Source: Lama guanicoe
Lineage: Eukaryota
DNA length: 64,000 nucleotides
Direction: 5' to 3'
Assembly: GCA_013239625.1 (NCBI GenBank)
Contig: MU053911.1
Span: 695,590-759,589 of the forward strand
A program made the position numbers and the translations under genes. Positions 26,520-38,689 of this stretch are shown one piece after another; positions within the stretch are counted from its first letter, which is position 1, and every line of letters begins with the position of its first letter. The notes beneath the pieces are model-generated. The model did no database searches, was not told the DNA's origin, and saw only the letters and a program-made list of their open reading frames with translations.

Positions 26520-26720
26520 TTTCTTTATTTTTAATCGAATTATAGTCAGTTACAACGTGTCCATTTCTGGGGTCCAGCCTCATGTTTGAGTCACACATAC
26601 ATGTACATACACCCGTCTTCGTGTTCTTCTCCGTGACAGGTTTCTGCAAGGTACTCACTAGAGTTCCCTGCACTGGACGGAAGAAACCTGCTGTTTATCT
26701 CTTTCGTAGATACTAGTTAA
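26520..26720 (-). mobile_element. Diverged short L1 3' end
   Basis: tttttaatcgaattatagtcagttacaacgtgtccatttctgg...gttccctgcactg...ctgtttatct, same family as 21450-21650. Confidence 0.8.
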
Positions 26721-27433
26721 CAAGGCTGGAACGTTTCGTCCTTTTCATCTGATAGTTTCTCCCAGCCTCCTTCTAGAAAAGAACCTGCCTCAGGACACTC
26801 CACAGCCTCCTCCCCAGACTCCAAGCAATCCTGACTGCGCAGAGCGTCTTCCAGCGGCCCTGAGGGGCACCAAGCTCCTCCTAGAATACGGGGGTGGGGG
26901 CTTCTAACGCAGACTGAAGGCAGCTTTTCCCCAGCTCTCGTGTGATTTTTAAGAGCCAGCCAGTCTGGAAAATGTTGGATTTGTTTGTAGGAAAGGTAAA
27001 CACTGCCAAAATCAACAAGTTCCCTCCTTAGGGGGCTGTAGAGAAAATTGGTCTCCAGATTAAGACGGTTCAGACAACTTGCGCTGGGGGAGAAGGGAGC
27101 CCCCGCCCCACCCCACGTTAGCCCGGCACTGCGTTAGCGAGCTGATAAATCTCTGATGGAGGAGTGGCAGACTGTGTACTCAAGGGGTAAAGGAAATTAA
27201 AATTGATCTCTTCTACAAATAGCTGAGACAAAGCGGTTCTTTTAAATGAGCAAGCAGGCCACGAGGCTCAGTGAATCGGGTTAAATGGTGCAGCCACACT
27301 GGCTAGATTGCTGCACGCCGTCTCCACTGTGATCAGAGTGATATAAAACGGTTTCATAGGTGATTGGTTACAAGTCAACAAAAACGCTTTGATTAAAATA
27401 GAGCAGTTAAACATTTTCTGCGTGTCCTGTAAT

Positions 27434-27622
27434 TAGGGCTGCCAAACAAAAAGCAGGACACCAGCTTCATTTGAATTTCAGATAAACAACAAATAATTTT
27501 CCAGTATAAGCATGTCCTAAATATTGCTTGCGACATACTTATGCTAAAAATTATTCTCTGTTTATCCAAAATTCAAATGTAACTGTGCATTCTGCTTTTA
27601 TTTGCTAAATCTGGCAAGTTTG
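27434..27622. mobile_element. MER53 palindromic MITE (hAT), full length
   Basis: TAGGGCTGCCA start and CTGGCAA near the end, long internal inverted symmetry, and a perfect 8-bp TSD CCTGTAAT (27426-27433, 27623-27630). Confidence 0.9.
27495..27555 (+). ncRNA. Candidate miR-1302-like hairpin within MER53
   Basis: 27528-27548 TTGCGACATACTTATGCTAAA versus recalled miR-1302 UUGGGACAUACUUAUGCUAAA; pairs with AGTATAAGCATGTCCTAA upstream. No expression evidence. Confidence 0.3.
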
Positions 27623-27849
27623 CCTGTAATATAGGTAAAACAGGGTATGTGTTTTTCATGCGCCCACTCCCCAAAGCACACTGAATTCATATTTGAATAA
27701 GTATAGCCAATACCTATGTATAGAGCCGTGAAGATTAAGTGTTATTTATGAGATGAAAATCCAGGCAAGGTTTTCGAAGAGGTTAGTTAGAAGATTTACT
27801 CCAGGGAATTGAATTTCCTGAGATTTCTTCGAGGTTGCATTTTATAACT

Positions 27850-27980
27850 ATCTGGGGAATTTTAAAAATCCAAGCTGCAACTCAGACCAATTACACCAGA
27901 ACCTCTGGGCGGGACGCAGCCACCTGCACTTTTTACTCCACAGTGAATCCTGTGCTCCAAGGTGAGAGCCACTGCTCTGG
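27850..27980. mobile_element. MER5-like (hAT-Charlie) fragment
   Basis: ctggggaattttaaaaat..cagaccaatta.accagaacctctggg...tgagagccactgctct. Confidence 0.65.
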
Positions 27981-28949
27981 ACTGATGGCAAAACCTGCCA
28001 GCCTGTGACGGCAGAAAACAAAAGACGCAAAGGGGCCAACACTTCCCGGCTGACTGTCATTCTGGCTGCCTCTGCCCCTTCCAGCTTTGGGATGCGTAAG
28101 AGCATTCACATTCAGCTACTGATGGGAGCTAAATGGAGAGCGGAGAAATAGCAAAGTTGAGAAGGATTTTTAAAAGTCTAATCTTCAAGTATGAACTGCC
28201 CGGCTGGGTTTTAGGGACGCAGCTGTTAAGGGAAGTTAAACACCCGTAAATCTACGCTCTTACCAAGGGGCATATGTTTACATTCGCTGTGCAGACGGCA
28301 GTCACAGCGTGTGTTTCAAGTCCCTGCTTCCCCATCGGTGTTTCTCCCCCAAACACCAACAGCTGTCAGTGTCAGCTGCAGAATTCTGAAATCTTACCAG
28401 GAGGCCCAGTCACCTCCTCTGCTTTTAATTCAGGGTGTGGTCTCCTTTCAATTCCAGTGTGCTCTGAATCACTGAAGTGCCAAGATCGCTAAGGCTAGCT
28501 TCTCTGTCACTGTAACCGACAGCCGAGGCACACGCGTCGCCTGAACAAGGACACAGAGGCGTTCACCGCGCTCGTCCTGGCGTCGGCTGGTGGGCCAGGG
28601 CAGCGCTGCCTGTCTGCAAGCCTTCCTTGTCAGAAAGGCCAGAGGACTGTTACGTTGTTAACCTCCGGTCCCGGCATGTTCCAGGAGCGGCCAAAGCGAG
28701 CCTCCTCATCTCACCGCGTACCGCTGGCTGCGCAGGGCGTTCTGACACAGTGTGTTTACTTCCGACACCGAGGATTTCCCTTTGCTCGTCTCCTGTGCCC
28801 TGAGCTCGCCTGGATCTAAGAAGCCAATGCACACTTCTCAGCAAGCTGCTTTTGTCATTTCAACCCTGAAAGGGCTGAAGAGTTAACTACATCTTTCATT
28901 AAGAATGGAGAACCAATAGTCTCCATACACCTGCTGGTAGAATTTATGT

Positions 28950-29381
28950 ATTTTTCAATTTTGTAAATTTAAAATTTTTTTAAATTTTTTAAAGTATTTT
29001 TAATTGAAGCACAGTCAGTTACAGTGTGTCAGTTTCTGGTGTGCAGCATCATGCATGTTTATACATATATTCATTTTCATACTTTTTCATTAAAGGTTAT
29101 TACAAGATATTGAATATCATTCCCTGTGCTCTGTGGAAGAAAACTATTTTTGGTCTATTTTTATTTATAGTGGTTAACGTTCACAAATCTCAAACTCTCA
29201 AATTTATTCCTTCCCACCCTCTTTCCCCAGTAACCGTAAAACTGTTTACTATGTCTGCACTGTATTTGTTTTGTAGATGAGTTCATTAGTGTCCTCTTTA
29301 TTCTTTTCCTTTTTTTAGATTCCACATATAAGTGATATCATATGTATTTTTCTTTCTCTTTCTGGCTTACCTCTCTTAGAC
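28950..29381 (-). mobile_element. L1 3' end with decayed poly(A); 3' part of an inverted insertion
   Basis: Reverse complement of the 3'UTR family at 21260-21650, with a T-rich tail on the left. Confidence 0.9.
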
Positions 29382-29895
29382 TGCTCAGTATCACTAATTA
29401 TCAGAGAAATGCAAATCAAAACTACAGTGAGGTGTCACCTCACACCAGTCAGAATAGCCACCATTCAAAAGTCCACAAACGATAAATGCGGGAGAGGCTG
29501 CAGAGAAAGGGGAACCCTCCTACACTGCTGGTGGGAATGTGGTTTGGTGCAGCCATTACGGAAAACAGGATGGAGATCCCTCAAAAAAACTAAAAATAGA
29601 CCTCCATATGATCTAGCAATCCCACTCTTGGGCATATACATGGAGGGAATGCTAACTAAAAAAACACCTGCACTCCGGTGTTCATAGCAACACCATTTCA
29701 ATAGCCAAGACATGGAAGCAACCTAAGTGTCCATCGACAGATGACTGGATAAAGAAGTTGTGGTGTATTTATACAATGGAATACCACTCAGTGATAAAAA
29801 AAATAAGAATAAAAGGATGCCACATGTGGCAACATGGATGGACCTGGAGATTGTCATTCTAGGTGAAGTAAGCCAGAAAGAGAAAGAAAAATACC
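29382..29895 (+). mobile_element. L1 ORF2 C-terminal fragment; inverted 5' part of the same insertion
   Basis: ORF 29409-29687 (MQIKTTVRCHLTPVRIA...GTLLHCWWEC...[11 protein letters not shown]) carries the L1 ORF2 cysteine-rich motif. It stops at the consensus position where the minus-strand part begins. Confidence 0.9.
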
Positions 29896-30228
29896 CACTG
29901 ACAGAATTTTTATGTGACTACACGTACCCGGCACAAGAGAAGAAGAAAGACTAGCAATCATACAATTATTTCAAGTTTTAGTTCACCTCCAGTCCACCGT
30001 GTATACTAAATGTTATCTACACTTCAATGCAAAGTGTTTTCTTTTGATGGAATTGTGCCTTATACGTTAAGGAGTGCATACTGCTTAAGTGAACAGAGAA
30101 GTCATCTGTCAGCAGGTTGATCCCATGATGTACGTGACCCTCTTCTCTTCCCTCTCTGGGTGTTCCTCCGAGTCTTTAATTGTCCCGTATGAGTGAAGTA
30201 CCATCAGATATGTATTTCCATCATACAT

Positions 30229-30262
30229 ATGCTCTTTAAATCTAAATGCTCTTTAAATCTAA
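30229..30262. repeat. Perfect 17-bp tandem duplication (ATGCTCTTTAAATCTAA x2)
   Basis: Direct reading. Confidence 0.9.
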
Positions 30263-30559
30263 GTTACAATGTCATTTTTCCTGTGGTCCATGGAATATAT
30301 CTCAATTCTAGACACTCAAAATCTTGGAGAAGCTTTGGCACATCACGCTTCCCGTAATCAGCAAGCTGGCTCACCCGCGCTTCTCTCCCGAGAGCCACCA
30401 CGTGCATTCTTCCATGTACACGTTCCCGCTACCAGTTCCATGCCTCAGGCTCCATCAACTCACAACCAGACTGTTACTGTAACTTCCCAGTGGGGCTGCC
30501 TTCACCTACACCATTGTCGTCCTGATAATGACACTTCTGGGGAAAAAGGACTTTAAAAT

Positions 30560-31459
30560 CTTAGGATATGCTCATTTTCCACTGACTAAGGAGCACCATG
30601 CTAAAGATACAGAAATTGGAGTCCAGGAACAACAGTGGAGAGGGATGCCAGCAAACACTGCGGAATCTCATTGGGAACTGTGGAAGTTTACACCCTCTGA
30701 GTGTGGACAACCAGGGACAGTCCTAGCCGTACAGAAACCACAACCAGCCTTGAGTAAGTCCAGCCAGATTAATGCCACCTGAACCCTACTGTGTGGTTCT
30801 AACACCGACTAGAGTAAGCCTTCTTGGAAGACAAGGTTCCTTTCAAGCTCACCCACCCAATGATTGTCATTTAATTAAAGTTACTAGGCATACCAGGACT
30901 CGTGGCCAGGCAGAAGCACTAGAAATAAACTCTCATTTAACCAAGGTATTGACATTATCAAAGACGGACTTTGAAACAGCTATATTTAGTTTTTTTCAAA
31001 AATGGATGCTAGAATAGAATGTTTTACTAGAGAATCGGAATCTATTAGTGACTAAATAAAAATTCTAGAGTTGAAAATGCAATAAACTGAAATCTAGACT
31101 TTGAAAGACGGGCTTAACAGTAGATCAATACAGCACACGAAGGGATTGGTGAACTCGCCAGGAGGAAAATGAGAACAATTCCGTTTGCAGGATAAAGAGC
31201 AGCGCAAAAGGAAGGATAACACAGAAGCAATTGTGTGTATTCACATACCTCCGTACATCTCCTTCCATGTATAACATCTATGTGTTTATCTATCTGCATC
31301 TATCTTTCTATATGGCATGGATAAAAACTACAATATATGTAAGGCTCAGAAGAGAAAGAGGGAAGAAAGGAAAAATTTTTGAATAGATAATGGATTTCCA
31401 AAAACTGACAGAAATCAAGATACAGATCTTAGAAAACCTGTGGACCTCAAGCAGGATAA

Positions 31460-31495
<36 letters not shown>

Positions 31496-31780
31496 ACACA
31501 CAAATACCCACAGCTGGTCACATCAAAGAAAATGACTGAACATTAGAGACAAAAGAAAATACTAAAAACACACAAGAAAAATAAGATCTTCAAAGGTGTA
31601 ATAAAGACGCACAGCTGATGTCTCAACAGAATATGGACTCGCAAAGATGGTGGAACATCTTTAAGGTGAGAGAAAGGAAGCAAGGTAGAATTCTCTAGTT
31701 GTAAAACAGTCTTCCAAGCAGCTAAATAAAGGGAAATGACCCCAGGCTGTGACAGTGCAACGCAACAAAAATGCAGGAAG
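30560..31780 (+). mobile_element. Ancient L1M ORF1-region relic containing a (CA)n
   Basis: Motifs aaattctagagttgaaaatgcaataaactgaaat, gggcttaacagtagat, gattggtgaact, acagctga..tctcaacaga; (CA)n at ~31460-31502. Confidence 0.6.
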
Positions 31781-31839
31781 AAATTTCAAACGACAGGACG
31801 TATCTGAGTGACTGAAACGCAGTCTAGTGGCTGAGTTCT

Positions 31840-32000
31840 GCGACCGAACGGGGAGGACGGCTGTCCTCTGCGCTGAGCGCTCCAGCGCCAGCCGCCTCGG
31901 CAGGAACTTCTCTTCTCTCTAGTATCGCTAGTGACTAACATGGTGATTAGCATAGTAAGAACTCAAGAAATGTTTGGCAACTGATTGACTAAATCAACAG
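31840..32000 (+). mobile_element. L2 3' end relic
   Basis: gcatagtaagaactcaagaaatgtttggcaactgattgact resembles the L2 terminus. Confidence 0.5.
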
Positions 32001-34579
32001 TCTCTACAACTTTGCTCTGTATTTGAAAACCCGGGGCAATAATGGCCATGACTTCCGCTACCCAGATACACTGTTAAGGAAATCATGGATTGCGATGAAA
32101 ATCTGGGCTTATTTGGGGGGAAAGAGAGAAGGGAGGAAGAGAAGAGGGAGAAATTCACCTATTATAATGGAGCTGACACAGAGGGAGGTCAGGGTAAGGA
32201 CGCAACGCTGTTGCACCCTCCAGGCTGGGTCGGCTGGAAGGAAGATTCTGCAGCTGTGACGCAGGAAAGGCAGGCAGGCGTCCCTTTGGAAATGTTTAGC
32301 CGTTTGCTATCTGTAGTACGTTTCTCTGAGAAAGGTCTCAGTAACAATGCTAAGCGCATGACAGTAAGGCTAACAGTGCCCCCATGGCTTTATCTTCAAG
32401 AAAGGGGATGAAGCGGTGCACGTGTTAGCAGCTTTGTAATCGGGAAGACGCATGGCTCTCATCCCACGATGCTGGGATGGAATGGCTGTTGCTGTGAGTG
32501 GATGCCATGACTCCCCACTACCGCCACCTCGGGCTGCCAACAGCATGGCGCGGCTGCTGTCATTCCAGGGCGGTCACAGCTTTCCTATCTTCTCCGCCAA
32601 GTTCGGGGAAACACATGCCACTGTCGCAACAGGGTAACAGTAGACAGGGGCCACAGGACGACACGGCAGGTGGAGAGAAAGGGGACAGGCTTGGATCTTA
32701 CAAAACTAACTACAGCCTCAGTTACAAGTTTCAGAAACAAGAGGTTGGTGAAGAAGAGCTTAGACTTGTCAGATCCCTCATTTAATTGGGCCCCAGATGC
32801 TTGTCCTAGTGTTTGGATAATGAGAAGGAGTGTGCAGAGGACGTGCTGCAGACCTGGGCAGAGAATGACCCCCCAGCAAGTGTGCCTCCCTTTAAGCCGC
32901 TGAAGTACCCGACAGTCGGTGCTGAGTGTCTCAACAATGCATCGGCTCCGCGCCTGAAAGCAAACTCCTGCCTGCTGCTAGCGTTTACAGCTTGCATGTG
33001 GGCTGTCTGAGAATTCCACACTAGTCTGGCAACAACTGAGCTCCAGGAGCGCTGGGTTCTTTCTTAAAAATCTATCATTTGCTCTTTAGTTCTGTAAACA
33101 ATTTTGGGAAGAACACACGTGCCACACACACGCCATCCTGTGTGAAACCCCTCCCGGGGGGAGCTTCCTCCGAGGAACTGGCTTCATGCTCTTCCTCAGC
33201 CAGCGAGCGTGGTAGACCAGTCGTCTGAGACCCACTTCAGCCCTTGTTTGTCATGTTTACATCACAAGGGTGTTGGAAGGATTAATTAGTTAACATGCAA
33301 AATTCTTTGAAGATGAAGAACGCTGTGAAATTGCTCAACAGAGCTAACATTCCTCCACAGACATGTTTTTCCTTTCATATTTGTAAAATCTCACCCACCC
33401 CCTGTTAACTCTTTTTGCTAACATTAGGTACTCAGACTGCTTTTTCAAAAATTGACTTATCTTTTCCTTCATGAGGCCCAAAATATTTATTTATCTCCAT
33501 CCTCATTTCTCACCATCTCAGTTTTTCCTCCTAAGTATTATTTTTTTTCTTACTGAGCAATCCTGGTGTAATTTATGAAATGCTGCTTGCCAGTCATGTT
33601 CTCCTTCTTGCATTGGTGGCATTCCCTGGAATTGTGGACTGGAATACCCACAGACCACCAGTGAGAGAAAGAGGTGTCTCTGTTACTAACTCTAGAGGCT
33701 CAGACCATGAGAATCACCCACTTGGATCGAATGTCACGGTCCAGAGGGCAGGGGAGTCCACTTGTGCAATTCACTGGGCAAGAAAGAAGAAATTGCTTTT
33801 TCCCAAGATCTCAAGTTTTCATAATAAGGAGTTATTTAAATGTCGCTTATGAGGCTGAAATATATACTCAAGGAACTCTGGTGAAGCCCCCGCCATCTTC
33901 CCCTGGCTGCAGCTGATGGAGTCTGCCGCCCACACGCCGGGCTCGGACTGTCCAAGCGGAGCTGCCCCGGCAGAGCCATGTGCGATTAGAGGGCCCGTTT
34001 CTGCTGAGCACCTGCACGCAGAGACCTTCACCTAGAGCTGCTGCAACTGCTCTACCTGCCTGCCTCTGTGAGACAGAAGCGGACGCCTGGCGGTGCAGTC
34101 CCGGGGTTTGCTTCGCAGCTCCGGCTGTGAGGAACCCGGCCGACCTCTCTCCACTACTTTTTTGACACTTTTCTATTTTGATTGATCTATTCGAGATGTT
34201 TAAATGTATCAAAGACATTCAGACAGATCCGCTTTTGAACAGAGGTGTTTTTCATATTATTCCTAAAGGATATTCTCCCCAAACAACAACGGTTCTGACC
34301 AATAGCTTTATTATAAACAAAGGTTACCAAACACAGCTGCCTGCCAATGCTTTTCACTTTGTATAATGAACTTAATTCTGCTCGTATTTAAATATATGAA
34401 AATAATGTATTTTTTGTGCTCCCTGTCTCAAATAGAATGAGCAAAACCTATGAAGTAGCCAGAAAATCAAATGGAAAATGACCTTAGCACAATATATTTA
34501 CTATTATTATTACACACACACACCCTTAATTATAATGCTATTATAGAAAAGCATGTTTCAAAAGAAATTCCATTTCCTT

Positions 34580-35262
34580 TTATTTTTTGATAAAGAAAAA
34601 GTTGTGCACAATTAATATACACAGTTTGACGAGTTTGGAGATGACCACACCACAGTCTACGCCACAGAGCCCCCCATCACCCCCAAAGTCTCCTCCCGCC
34701 CTCCTTTTCCCCTCCCCCACCTCCATTTCTTCCTCCTCCTCCTCTTCTTTCTTCTACTATCACTATCAGCATCATTAGTATTAGCATTTTGTGATAAGAA
34801 GACATAACACAAGCTCTACCCACAGTAAGTTCTTGAGTGCACGACGCAGTGTTGTTAACTAGAGATGCTGCACTGTGCAGAGCGCTGGGACTTACTCCTC
34901 TCGTATGAGTGAAATCTGGTGCTCCTTGACAAGGACGCCCCCATTTCCCTCTCCTCGAGCCCCTGGCAAACACCATGCCAGGCTCCACTTTTGTGGATTT
35001 GATGATTTTAGGTTCGTCAGAGCGACATCAGTGTGATGCTGGCCTCGTAAAAAGAGTTTTGAGAGTTTTCCCTCCTATTTTTGAGAGTTTAAGAGAGATT
35101 AGTATTTAATTCATCTTGTTAATGTTTGGGAGAGTTCATCCGGGAAGGCACGTGCTTCTGGGCTCTTTTAGCTTGGAAGATTTTCAACATGTATTCAATT
35201 TCCTTATTGGTTATTTGGTCTGCTAAGGTTTTCTATTTCTCTTTTATTCAGTCTTCGTAGAT
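34580..35262 (-). mobile_element. Old L1 (L1MA/MB-like) 3' end and adjacent ORF2 fragment
   Basis: gcagtgttgttaacta..gctgcactgtgcag; gcccctggcaaacacca; tgatgctggcctcgtaaaaagagttt; aatgtttgggagagttca. Confidence 0.7.
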
Positions 35263-35274
35263 TGAATACATACA

Positions 35275-35530
35275 TTGCCAGGAGGGGGAAAGGGTAGGAA
35301 AGGATACAGTGGGAGCTTGAGATTTGCAGATCCTAACTACTATACGTAGAACAGATAAACAACAAGTGTATTCTGTATACCACAGGGAACTGTATTCAAT
35401 ATCTTATAGTAACCTGTAATGAAAAAGAATATGAACATGAATATCTGTATGTGTATGTATGACTGAAGCATTGTGCTGTACACCGGAAACTGACACAACA
35501 TTGTAAACTGACTATACTTCAATTTAAAGA
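35275..35530 (+). mobile_element. Short L1 3' end
   Basis: gagatttgcagatcctaactactata...cacagggaactgtattcaatatctt...ttgtaaactgactatacttcaatttaaa. Confidence 0.9.
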
Positions 35531-35559
35531 AATAAGAAATGCCTTTAATCCTGCAAAAA

Positions 35560-36180
35560 AAAGCAGTTGCAGCCTTCTCATAGTGCTAGTGGGGTTGTGA
35601 ACTGCCTTAACTGCTCGGCAGGGCAGCTTGGATTGTCTGTCACAGCTGAAGGAGGAGGTTTTAGTCGATAATGTTGCATCGGTTCCACTTCTAGGTGTAA
35701 ATACTATAAAGATTCCTGTCTTTGCAGTCAAGGAGGCATGTACTAGAACTCTTGTAGCAATATTTTTATAGTTAACTTCTGAGTATAAACTAAATGCCAA
35801 TCAGAGAAATGAGAATAAGCACATTGTGTGTGTAGATCAATACAAGATGGGATATTTATGTAATGAAATGAACTTGTTAGAGCCACATGCATTAGAAATC
35901 TCAAAACCCACTGATGGGGGGAACACAAGACTTACAAAATTGCATGCAGTATGATGCAATCATACGAAGTCAGGAACAGTTCATTTCCTGCTGGGGGAGG
36001 TACACATGTGGAGGAAAACTGCACATGCTTCATGGGACTAGCAAATAACCCAGAATTTCATAGTGTGTTCCTCCAGTGGGCAGGGAAGGAAATGTGATCA
36101 AAAAACAGCATATCCATGGCTTCAGTGGTGTTTATAAGGTTTTATTTCTTAAATGGTGTGAGGTTCCATTATTCTTAATA
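35560..36180 (+). mobile_element. Ancient L1ME-like 3' region
   Basis: Decayed motifs (ttccacttctaggt; gtagcaatattt; aatctcaaaa; atgcagtatgatgcaat; ttttatttcttaa). Confidence 0.55.
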
Positions 36181-37525
36181 CCTGAAACAGTCTGAATGCC
36201 AAAAGTTTTTTTATGAAAGCTATAAAAGAAACAAAACATAATCAACTGGGTTTTTTAAAAGACATTTTAATTCTAAGACAAAAATCATAGACGTCAGATA
36301 TCATCACAGCCCACAAGCCCGGATGCATGCCTCAGCCTGGAACAATCTCCACCCAGTCATGACTGTAAACACTGAATGTTAATTTAAGCACAGTTTTCAA
36401 CATAATGTACTTCTGCTGGGAAAATGGGGAATGGACATCCTCTTGCAGTGAAGAGTTTGTGTAGATCAGCTGATCATCTTCCATAACATGTATCCAGGAA
36501 TACGAGGTCCAGGCAGAATCAGATGGACATGAAGACGGTTGCCTCTGGGAAGGAAGATTCTGGGGCTGGAAGGGGTGGACAGAAAACAGCTGTTTTGAAA
36601 GACAAGCTTTGAAGAACTGTTTGAGTTTTGAACAGTTTTCATTTTTTTATTTTTTTCATTTTTTAAAATTTATTTATTGTAGTATAGTCACAAGGTATTG
36701 ATTTTTAAATATGCTTTAAAATAGAAATTTTAAAATAAATGTGTATTATTTCAGTAAAAAGAAATTTTAATTAAAGCAATGAAGACTCTCCTCCGTACAG
36801 ACCTGAACCTGTAACCTCAGTTGAAACCACAGCTGACACCGACCTGCCCTTCTGGTAGGTGCGGTTCGCGCCCCTTCCCGTCTCCGGCTCACCGGCGTCA
36901 GCGCATCCACAGTGGGCCAGAAGGCTGATGTTACCTCTGCCAAATGAACCCTGAGCTGCAAAATCCCAAAGCATCCAAGCAAGATTTTTTTTTGAAAAAA
37001 CTATCGTTCTCACCCCCTGAGAAATCCGAACCAAACAGTAAGTATGATATATATAAAAAAGATGGGGTCTGTAACCATGACGGTCATAGTACCAGCCGTT
37101 CGTGGAAAAGCAGAAAACGGAGGGGCAACAAGTCATTAGGCAACCTTGTTTCTCACAGGCTGTATCCCCAGAGGGTGCTACAGCCTGTCTTGCTCTGGAT
37201 GACTCAGGAAAGGGGGTCCCTCGGCCCCGCCACCCAGGGAAATCTGTCTGGTGTCAGCACGGAGCACCTGCAGGGACGCCATCACACTCGGGCCAGACGG
37301 ACTGAGAAACAGGAACGCCTCTTCGGGGAGAAAAGGGAGACGGAGAAACAAGGCTCTGGAAAAGTGTCCTTTGTCACCAGCACGCCACGTAACTTCCCAG
37401 GTTAAACTGACTTCGACCCTCGAGGGAAACTGTTTTTTCCAATTCTAAAATCCCACCTCTGCTGAAGGCGGTCGTGACACCGTGGGGCTTAAGGAAAAGT
37501 CAGCGAGAGACCTGCGTCCAGAGTC

Positions 37526-37562
37526 GCAGAGGAAGGCACAGAGGAAGGCGCAGAGGAAGGCG
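37526..37562. repeat. 12-bp tandem repeat x3 (CRCAGAGGAAGG)
   Basis: Direct reading. Confidence 0.85.
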
Positions 37563-38469
37563 AGACAATGGTCTGGACTGTAAGAATTGAGAAAACGCTT
37601 TCATTCCACTCGTCTGCCTGTGAGTGTGCAAGTGTGTGGGGCCGCAGCACAGAGCAGTCTGGTCCTAAACCATCATTTTTACCAAATCCTGCTTCTTCTG
37701 TCTCAGAATGACCCCTTTTCCAAGGTGCACATCCGTGGGTTCTTTTCATATTGAAAGATGAATTCTTTTTTGTTGTTGTTGCTTTTTCTTCACCAACTTG
37801 AGACTTTCATCACACAGTTTATGGCTCATCTGTTGGGTCCTGAGCTGGGCTCTGCCAAAACACGTAAAAACATCACCACCGAGACTACAGCAGTTACCAC
37901 CACTAATAGTACCTCACAGTTCTGAGTGCTTGCTATATTCTAAGCATGAAACTTGAATTACCTCGGTCGGCACAATGAAAGTCACCTTTCCTGGCTGACT
38001 GACCTTGGGCATAAGGCCCTGGAGCCTCAGTTTCCTGACCTACCAAAGGAAATGAGGATGACAGTAGTTAGAGAACAGGCCTGACTCAGGCCACTGCTTG
38101 AAGACCTGAGTCGGCCAGCGTGCGCGAAGCCCTCGCAGCTGCCCCTGTGGAAGGGGCCCCGACGTGTCAGCTGTTGTTGTCACAGGCTGTTCAATCCAGA
38201 CGCACGGCTGCGGGCACCATCTACGTGCTCATAACTTCCAAACCTGGGTCACTAGCCCTCCCTTCTCAGCAGAACTTCAAATTCCTCTTTCCAGTTGCTT
38301 GATTCATCTTCACACGGGCTTTCTAGGCTCTCGCCAAGTTATCAGAGCCCATGACAGGACTCTTGAATTCCTCCCTCCCCAGAGGAAAAGCCCAGCCCCC
38401 TGCTAGCAAAGGAGGGTCCACAGAGGACGGCGTTACGTGGGCAGATCGCACGGCCGAGCAGGCTGGGTC

Positions 38470-38680
38470 GTCACTTAACCAGCTGTGCGACCTTGAGCAA
38501 GCCATTCACTCCCTCAGAACTCCAGTGCCTGCATCTGTGAGGTGTAGAGGTAGTAACGCACCTGCGCAGAGGTGCACTGAGGACTCAGCACAGCACGGGT
38601 ACAGGTGCTTTCAACAGGGTCCGGCACACGCAGGCAACACCAAATGCCCGCCACGTACAATTACCATGATCATCACAGAT
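38470..38680 (+). mobile_element. MIR relic
   Basis: cacttaaccagctgtgcgaccttgagcaagccattcactccctc...catctgt...gaggactcagc. Confidence 0.7.
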
Positions 38681-38689
38681 GTTCCTCAT

